Positions 52,384 through 60,546 of a DNA stretch of 64,000 nucleotides are shown here, piece by piece (within the stretch, counting starts at the first letter, position 1; every line of letters begins with the position of its first letter). This DNA is from Blepharisma stoltei ATCC 30299 (lineage: Eukaryota > Protista > Ciliophora), in assembly GCA_965603825.1 (NCBI GenBank), contig CBFDEM010000008.1, forward strand, positions 187,371-251,370, in the 5' to 3' direction. The notes under the pieces are model-generated. The model was not told the DNA's origin. It did not search any database and worked only from the letters and a program-made list of their open reading frames with translations. A program made the translations under genes and the position numbers.

Positions 52384-54371
52384 ATGCAAGATGATATACA
52401 ATGAAATCTTAGACACTGCATGAGCTCTTACTAGCTCTCTTTGACAATTTATCGATTTTCCTCCCAGCACTGAGTCTCAGGACATTAATTATAAGCTTAG
52501 AGATAAATATTTTATAACAACTAATTACTATTATAAGACAAGAACTTTTTATGAAACTTTGCAAAGTATTAGAAGAAAGTAATTGAATAATTTCTTGTGT
52601 TGATGAAAAACTAATAAGTATGAGAGTTCAAGATAAACTTCTTTGTGCTGGAGATGAAATATTAATAATAAAAGGCTCTTCAGAAATAAATATATCAGCA
52701 ATAGCAAAAGAAGGACTTAATAGCTATTTTCTTGTAGCAGCGCTCTCATGTGATGGAAGGAGCCTTATCTATTGAAAAGATGGAATATGGAACAACGACT
52801 TCGAGAGGCACTTACATGAGAAGAAATGAGCTCTATTATTTTTATTATTGCAAGGCGAATCAAGCAAGAATACATGAATATCTAAGAATTAAGTATTATC
52901 CGGCTAATATTCCGGACATTACCATGTATTGGAAAATATATGAAAATATAATAGAAGCTGCGAAAGTACATCTGACTACTTCTGCAATAATGGATTGCCA
53001 AATAGAGATACCATTAATGAAGAAAATAAAAATACTTTTGCTGTCGAAAGTAATGAGAAATTGAGGGAAGAAAATGAGAAAAATAAGTTCACCATTGCAA
53101 GTTTGGAAGCAAAAATAACAGAATTAGAAGGAAAATTAAAAAGCTATCAAAAGCTGCCAAGATCAAATAAACGAATTAGAAAAATCTATAGGGTCTTTAA
53201 AATATGATAATGATCTGCTTAAAAATGAAAATCAAGAGCTTAAACTGAAAGCCAATTTACAATGAAAAAGAAAAAAATGAATATAAACAAATACATAAGA
53301 CGAACATTGAAGCTATTGACCAATTAAAACGAAACCTTAGCGATAAAGAAGATCAAAACAATAAGCTAGAAAAAGACATTAGCATTTCAAATGAAACTCT
53401 TACTAATAAAAATATCGAACTTCTATGAAGCCATGGAAACAAACAAACTATTACAGGAAAAGCTCAAAGACCTTGAAGAAAAAAATAAAATCAGTAACTC
53501 ACAAGCACTCTACGACCCAGAAAATGAAATAATTAAATTGCTTCCAAACAGAAAGCATGGCTTGCCTAACTTTGGAAACACCTGCTATTTAAATTCTCTT
53601 TTGCAGATCTTTGCAAGCACTCCTCTTTTAGCAAGAAAAGTTGAATCTATAAATTCTCCTTTTTGCAATTCTTTGTATCTGCTTTTAGACAGCATGTTTA
53701 AAGATAACAGCTTAAAAACAATCAGAAATTTAACGCAAGATTTCCGTCAAAATTTAATGGCTACCTATTCAAATGTAAAAAATATTTAGATTGAGGCTTA
53801 TAATCAGCAAGATGCTAAAGAAGTATTTAACATGATTTTAAGCAAAATTGAAGAAGATGGGGGGAACCTTGACTTATTCTCTATCGGATTTCATCAGGAA
53901 TTTATTTGCAAGACCATGCTTAAGCATCGATCTGAGTATCATGATATCCAAATATTTCTAATAATTCCTCCCTGCCATAAGGATTCGGTTGAAAATTATC
54001 TTTATTACTTAGGCACTTATTATAATTCAACGCAAAAGTTAATTTGTAGCGAATGCAAAAGAGAAGTTAATACAAGCATTCAACTGAAAAAGGTTGATTG
54101 GCCAGACTATCTGATACTTTATTTTCCCACTCCTCCTGATAGAATCACAGATAGTATTAGAATTAATTATGAAATTATATATGAAATGTATGGAGCTATT
54201 TGTTATTATCAAGATGAAGGCTCTTTTCATTATACAGCATTTACAAGAGATGAAAATGAATGGAATGAATACAATGATGAGCATGTTGAAACAAAAAAAA
54301 TAGATCCTCACGTTATAAACTTGGCATTTTACTGCAGAAAAACATATTCACGACCAATTTATAGTCGTTAA
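52384..54371 (+). pseudogene. USP-I: duplicate of USP-H, N-half multiply frameshifted, catalytic domain intact; intron 53775-53789
   Basis: HGLPNFGNTCYLNS, QQDAKE, SFHYTAF, WNEYNDEHV. Intron is GTAAAAAATATTTAG. The 5' region aligns with USP-H only with frame changes. Confidence 0.75.
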
Positions 54372-54546
54372 AATAATCTTAATTCTGAATAAAAATTATT
54401 TTAATTCATATCTGGATGCAAATTCGTAATTGAGAATTTCCGTTTATAAATTGGTTAAAGTGGTAATTTTATATATAATTCAGAAATTTATTAAATATAT
54501 AGGTAAAGGCTTAGTTAAAACCTATAAATAGCAATCTTAGCTAGAG

Positions 54547-56205
54547 TTAATATAAAAAAGTGCAAAAATTTTCAAAAATAAATCCTTTTATTTTATTTTC
54601 TCACGCCAAATTCTTATTATGTAAATAATATAATATACAAAAAATGATCAGTTCATTTTTATTTTGCATTTTTCACAATATAATTGATTATCGCCAAAAA
54701 ATCCTATGGCTTTTTTAATTCTGCTAAAAATTCTTGTATAGAGTAGAATTTTTTACTGGGAATTGTAATAAAAAGGTTTGCTTCAGGTACTTTTGCAATG
54801 TGATTACAAACATGACAATTCAAAGTTTGCTGATATAAGGTTGTAAATAAAGGATCTACATAAGTTAAATCTGATAATTTTCCTATGAGGATGACCATTA
54901 ATTCTTTAGAGTCCTGCTGAGTAAAATTTCCAAGCTATATAAAGATTACCCAAGGGAATTCTGCATCAAGTTGATATTTAAAAGAACTTACAAGCTTTTG
55001 AGTATCATTAGACCTAGGATTTCTAATACTCAATAATAGAGACGATAAAGTAGAAAATAATCCATATTCCAAAGTCTGGATTTTTTCATAAAATTCATTA
55101 TTGCTTGCAAGTACTTGGAGGAGGGAATTAAGATAGCATGTATTTCCTATATTAGGATCTGATTTTTTCTTGTCAAAAATTAATGGATAGTTTATAACTG
55201 GGGGTGGTCTTATTGGTTCAATTTTTTCTATTATAAATTTGATCTGAGATTGAAGATTTTGGTTATCTTGCATTAAGATTTGGATTTCTTGCTTTAGATT
55301 TTGAATTTTAGTCTTGTGCTTTTTAGATTTTGCCTGTAGAATTGCATTATCTGCCTGTATAGTTGCATTATATGCTTCTGAAGATTGATATTTATCTATT
55401 ATCTTATATTCGTTTAATAATTTATCTTTTTCTTCTGCTTTTATAGATACAGATAGAGGCACTGAAATTGGCTTTAATCACTTTTTTGTACCTATTATTG
55501 CTTTAAAAGAAAACTTTTCGTTATCATCCTTTTCATTATCAAGGTCATTGATTTTTGTATAAACATAAATCGTTACTTCGCTGGGAATTAGTTTTTTTTT
55601 ACCGTTTGGGTTTTCACTGAGATTTTTTCATTTATCTTCAAATTTGCAATACAACTTTCTCTGTCCATTGTAGGTTAAAACTGCTGTTAATAAATAAACG
55701 ATTCTATTGCCTTCAAAATAAGGAAATGGTTTTTCCTTGCTTAATCTTTTGAATGTTTTTTCTTCAGAATTATTTGTTCAAAAAATGATTTTTCTTCGTC
55801 TTTTTGAGGAAGATACTTTATGCTGAGAGATCTATATTGGTCTCTTTCGAAGTATTCTAGAATATATTGGTTAGAAATATCCTCAAAAATTTTTGTCATT
55901 AAAAATTCATTGGTAAATGACAAAAAATCTTGATTTGATTCATAATTTCTTAAGAAAGTGCCTATTTCTGAATGTGGATCTATGCCTTGACAAGCCTTAT
56001 TGCACAAAAGGATATTGATAATTGCCTTCTCAGCTAATGAAAGGGGATTTCCTTCCTTAATCGTAGATTTATTATAAATTTGGGCTATTTTTAGATTCCA
56101 TAAATTATAAAGGTATAGAAATATGAAATTTATATTTCTAAGGCAACTTATCAATTGTTCAGACTTATTACAATGATGAGTTCAAAAATTTATTCACAAA
56201 TTCCA
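54547..56205 (-). pseudogene. USP-J: decayed USP (His box lost, frameshifts); intron 54935-54949
   Basis: PNIGNTCYLNSLLQ, intron GTAATCTTTATATAG, then LGNFTQQDSKE. There is a stop at 54704 and the C-terminus is degraded. The N-domain reads YLLTAVLTYNGQRKLYCKFEDKWKN. Confidence 0.7.
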
Positions 56206-56233
56206 TTATTTTAATTTTAAACATAAATTTATC

Positions 56234-56482
56234 TTAAAACCCTCCCTTCATCTGCTGTAGCACACGAATAACGCAGTTATTAGTAAATCTTAATTGTTCC
56301 AAAGTAGCAGTTCCTTGAGTGACTACACTCAAATACTTATTCCCAAAAATCACACTTAATTCACCACCTCCAAACATTTGCGCAAATTGGTTGTGAAGCT
56401 GAGCATAAGTCCACGAGCTGTTTACTTGTATTGTGCGCTGCTGGCCGTTCATATCTTCTACTCTTATTGTCAAGTTCGACAT
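56234..56482 (-). CDS. Divergent stand-alone ubiquitin-like protein with C-terminal GG-F, 82 aa
   Basis: Beta-grasp pattern aligns with ubiquitin: [22 protein letters not shown] ~ [29 protein letters not shown] ~ [30 protein letters not shown] ~ [22 protein letters not shown]. Clean ATG and TAA. Confidence 0.85.
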   Translation of the reverse strand: [82 protein letters not shown]

Positions 56483-56517
56483 TTTATAATTATAAGAAAC
56501 TGAGATTTGTGAAAATA

Positions 56518-56527
56518 ATTGTAGAAT
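56518..56527. promoter_or_regulatory. Candidate promoter element WTTRTAGAAT upstream of the UBL gene (also upstream of 9 USP genes)
   Basis: The same 10-mer, in either orientation, lies within ~45 nt of the ATG at 32835, 35296, 41430 (9/10 match), 44068, 45011, 47924, 50237, 52357, 56518 and 56943. Confidence 0.5.
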
Positions 56528-56599
56528 CTTAATGAAATAAGTACTTTTATAAAGTAAATAAGGAAAAGATAATTATTAAAATGAGAAAACTGCAAATAA

Positions 56600-56815
56600 G
56601 GGCAGCAGTAGAATTATTAAAGAATTAGAACTATATGGATTAATATCTAGTATGCAAATTCGTGATGGGCATTATTTGGAATAAGCACGGAATACTAAAA
56701 ATTGGACTGAGTATAGTCATAAAGGTGTAGTAAATCTAGTGGCGGCAGAATTGATATAGCAAATGGATATTTTGCCTTTTATATAAGAGCAGGGGATCGC
56801 AATAAGGATAATGAT
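56600..56815 (+). pseudogene. USP His-box relic
   Basis: ELYGLISSMQIRDGHYLE*ARNTKNWTEYSH, then (frame-shifted) DIANGYFAFYIR. Confidence 0.55.
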
Positions 56816-56961
56816 TATTAAAGAAAAACAATTTCACAAATATTAATTTTATCTAAGGAGTTATAAATTGAAAAGTAATCCAGAAGATATGCAGAGATAA
56901 ATTTTATAAATTAATCTAGCTATATCATTTATTTTATTTAGGATTCTATAATAATATTAAT

Positions 56962-58425
56962 ATGGTTTTTGGACTCTTAAGAGTTGTAAGCGGTAGGCTC
57001 TTGAAAGGTCCAGCTGATAACATCTTGAAACTTGCATACTTCTCTTTGTGATTCTCGCTCACTATAGCCTTAATTGTTTATAAAAAAGCATTTCCAAATT
57101 CTAAAAATATAAAACAAAGACAGCAGGACAAAGAAAAATCAATAACATCCAGAATTGTTGATGTATCAAAAAACAATAAATTCTTTGAGGTCTTCAATTT
57201 ATATCAGATAACCACGTGCGCAAAAATCGCTGAAAATCTTAAAAACGAATCAATAAACAGATTTGAAATCACTTCTTTTTCCCCCATTCTACTGGGAAAG
57301 CCTGGAACTAATGCCATAGTAAGGGCAGAAAATAGAAATTGATATGATAAAATAAAAAATGATAAAATTCCAGTCTTTATTGGATGGGAAGTTGAAAAGG
57401 AAGCATTAGATTGTTTTAAAACTCAAATTTTATTACGAAATAAGCCAGGAATAATTATTCTATTTTATAAAAACAATGAAGCTGCCATTAAAGAAGAACA
57501 AAATTTACTATGGATTACGTCAAATTTAGATTCTGAGTGCAATGATATTGAAATCGAATTCAATAAAATTATTGAAATAGCAATTAATTGGGCAGAAAGT
57601 AGGAATTACCAATTGGAGCAAAAATTACTCCAAGGATTGCCTAATATTGGAAATACTTGCTATATGAATTCGTTAATCCAAGTATTCTCAATTATGCCTG
57701 AACTTTATGAAATCATTAGCTCCATAAATTTGCCTCTATTTCAGCCTCTCAAAAATATACTCTTAGCATTGAAAATGAGAAATGATAATTTTAATTACAG
57801 ATATTACCTGGAAAAATTTCAAACCCAAATTATCGAAAACTTTCATATGGTAGGTATCATTTATTTAGTTTACAGCCCATAGTCAGCATGATACTAAAGA
57901 GCTATTTAATGTTTTTATAGATTATATAATATCAAAATTTAGAGAGCACCAAGATAAATTTACAATTTTTATCACTAAAAAATTTTATTGTAAAGAAGGC
58001 CATCATCATCTTGCAGAGAAAAAGGAAAGTCAGCTGTTTTTAATCATCCCTAAAAATTATCTTGCAGATATTGATAGTTATGTAAAAAGGAATCATTATT
58101 TTAATAATGAAAATCAAATTTGGTGCGAAATTTGTGGGAAATGAGAGATATGCAATTAAAAGTTGAAAATGTGGACTATCCTTTGAATCTGACTATTTAT
58201 GTTCCTGGAAATGGATCGATTGGGAAGCTGGATCATCAAATTAAACTGAATATTGACAATTATAGATTATATGCAATTATTTGTCACGCAGGAAGTAATT
58301 TATTTGGTCACTATTGGGCATATTTACTTATAGATGGCAAATGAATTGAATGTAATGACAGCATTGTACGTGAAAGCCCACCCAATTTATCAAACTGCTA
58401 TATGCTCTTTTATTCTAAGAATTAA
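56962..58425 (+). pseudogene. USP-K: N-terminal TM + unique domain + USP with intact triad; atypical 19-nt intron 57850-57868 and 1-nt deletion at ~58140
   Basis: ATG 56962 is open to GLPNIGNTCYMNS, with TM LAYFSLWFSLTIALIVY. Further motifs: QHDTKE, GHYWAY, W(TGA)IECNDSIV, CYMLFYSKN. Stop is TAA 58423-58425. Confidence 0.75.
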
Positions 58426-58484
58426 TTAAGCCTCACAATTAGCTTTTATTTAAAATTTAAAGTTTTATTAATATATCTTATGAC

Positions 58485-60081
58485 CTATGAGCTTATAAAA
58501 AACGCAAGATAGCACGAACTGAAATCTGGCTGCCAAATCTTCGAGTTATTATCTAAATATTCTCTCCATGCACATCCATCTTTTGTATATGCGACATATT
58601 TCTTCACGTTTTCTATCTGATAAAGACATTTGATTGCTCCATATATTTCATATTTTGATTCCATATAATTAAATTCTTCAGGAAGAATATATTGATTTTC
58701 CATTGGCAATTTTAATATTAAAAATGATCCCGCTTCAATGTGTTCTACTGTTCTGCTCACCAATTTAGTTTGATTGCAAATACTGCAAAATTCTTCACAT
58801 CAAATAGTTGTTTTTATATTTTGATCAATTTCTTCGTGAATTGGTTTATTTGTAAAATTCATAAACTCAATTACATTTATATAGTCATTTTTTATATTTT
58901 CATGCCCAACTCCACAATTAACTCTTGTCGTTAATATAGTTGAAAATAATTTTTGATTTGGACAATATTCATGCAGCTTATTTATAAGTCAGTTGATCAC
59001 ATTTTTAGGGTCTTTTTCAAAATTAGCCTATATAAAATTTACATAATAAGAGTTCTGTGCTAAAGTTATGCTAAAATCCGATAGTAAATTATCAACGAAG
59101 TTTTGGAAATTTGACCTTTTCATAGCATTAAATAAAATATTTAAGCTCAGTAGCGTTGGGTCCATTGGACTTTTTGATAATTCAACAAATAAAGATGAGC
59201 TAGCAAGAATCTGCAATGCTGAGGTGAGGTAGGAATTATCATTTATATCAGAAAATCCATGTTTTTGGCCAGGGAGAAGAAAAATCATTGAGGTAAATAA
59301 ATCACCATTTCCTACTGTTCGGTAAGCTTGGCTTGAGCTGAGATGCTGATTTTCAGCTTGAAAGGTATGATAATTCCCTGGCTCATAATAAGCACTTCTT
59401 GATAAATTTAAATTACTTAGAACAGGCTCCTTATCTATGCTTACTTGGCTTGAATTTTCAATAAGTTGACTGAGTCTTTTTACTTCATTTTTCAAATCAG
59501 CCACGTCTATTTCTAAGCTTTTTATTTTCGCTGCAGTATTTTCTCTATTAATTTCTATTGTCCTCTCATTTCCTGGATTTTGCCCGCCCAGCACACAGCT
59601 ATTGGCAATATCCCCATAATTAATAAACTCACTTATAAAACTTTCTAGCTGTGATTGGACGTCATTAGGATCATTAAGCAGTAGGATTTTTAGCAATGGG
59701 TCTTCCTCATTTGTCCTTATTTCTTTCGTTGTCAAAATTTTTCTTATATATTTGTCAATTATTCTGATTCCTAATTCTAGCGAATTTAACCCATTTTTAT
59801 TGATTTCTTCAAGGTTTTTCATATTTGTAGAAACATATGAGATAAGTTGTGATTTAATATTGTTTATTTTTGATTTTTCTTCTTGAAAAGATCGCAAAAT
59901 GCTTATCTGGGCTGGGCTTGACAGGCTCACGATATAGGTATTCAAACCTGTGAGTTAAAGGGCTAGAATTGGAATGGGATTTTTTATGTCGTTTGCAAAA
60001 AACTAACTTTTCAGCCTGGCAGTCGCAAATGTATTTAGGCTTTTCGTGGCATGATGGGATGCTACAAATATTGTAGTTCAT
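58485..60081 (-). pseudogene. USP-L: Zn-finger + coiled coil + catalytically dead USP; 1-nt insertion at ~59915; intron 59028-59042
   Basis: N-terminus CSIPSCHEKPKYICDCQAEKLVFCKRHKKSH. Cys box HGFSDINDNSYLTS (Cys to Ser), His box NVKKYVAY. Intron is GTAAATTTTATATAG. Confidence 0.75.
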
Positions 60082-60316
60082 AATTAAAGTTTATTAAGAA
60101 ATTTTAGTTTTTACCTTAAGCTCTGCTATAAAAAGGGAAAGCGAATATTGTTGACATTTATGATGGCAGTAACATTAGACCTCACCAGTTTAACTTGAAA
60201 TAAAAATCATTAACTGCACACTCTTATTTAGTGGCTTAATGGATATCATTTAATGCTCTTGTGTATTAACTATATAGCAGATTTTGAATAAAATTTAGCT
60301 AGCATTATAATAATTA

Positions 60317-60546
60317 ATGGAGCTTATGCAATGTTTTGAGCGTGGGTGCAAGAACGAGGTTGTATACTTGTGCCCATGCACCTCTCCTGAAACTCTATCC
60401 TGCGTACAGCATATTGGGGAGCATGTGATTCTTCCTAATATAGCTCATGTTCCCAACTTGATTTTTGTAGAGCCATGCAAAGTGACAAAAGAAGAAATTC
60501 TTAAGTTTCTTAAAAGAAAAAACTCAAAAAATAGCAAGCTGAAGGT
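60317..60546 (+). pseudogene. 5' fragment of a Zn-finger/coiled-coil family gene truncated by telomere addition
   Basis: MELMQCFERGCKNEVVYLCPCTSPETLSCVQHIGEH... runs directly into telomeric repeats. Confidence 0.8.

Noticed and set aside
31017-54311. Hydrophobic minus-strand ORFs (31017, 33827, 36378, 45447-46300, 48360-49255, 51447-52246, 54039)
   Set aside because: They are antisense to Lys/Glu-rich coiled-coil and USP exons.
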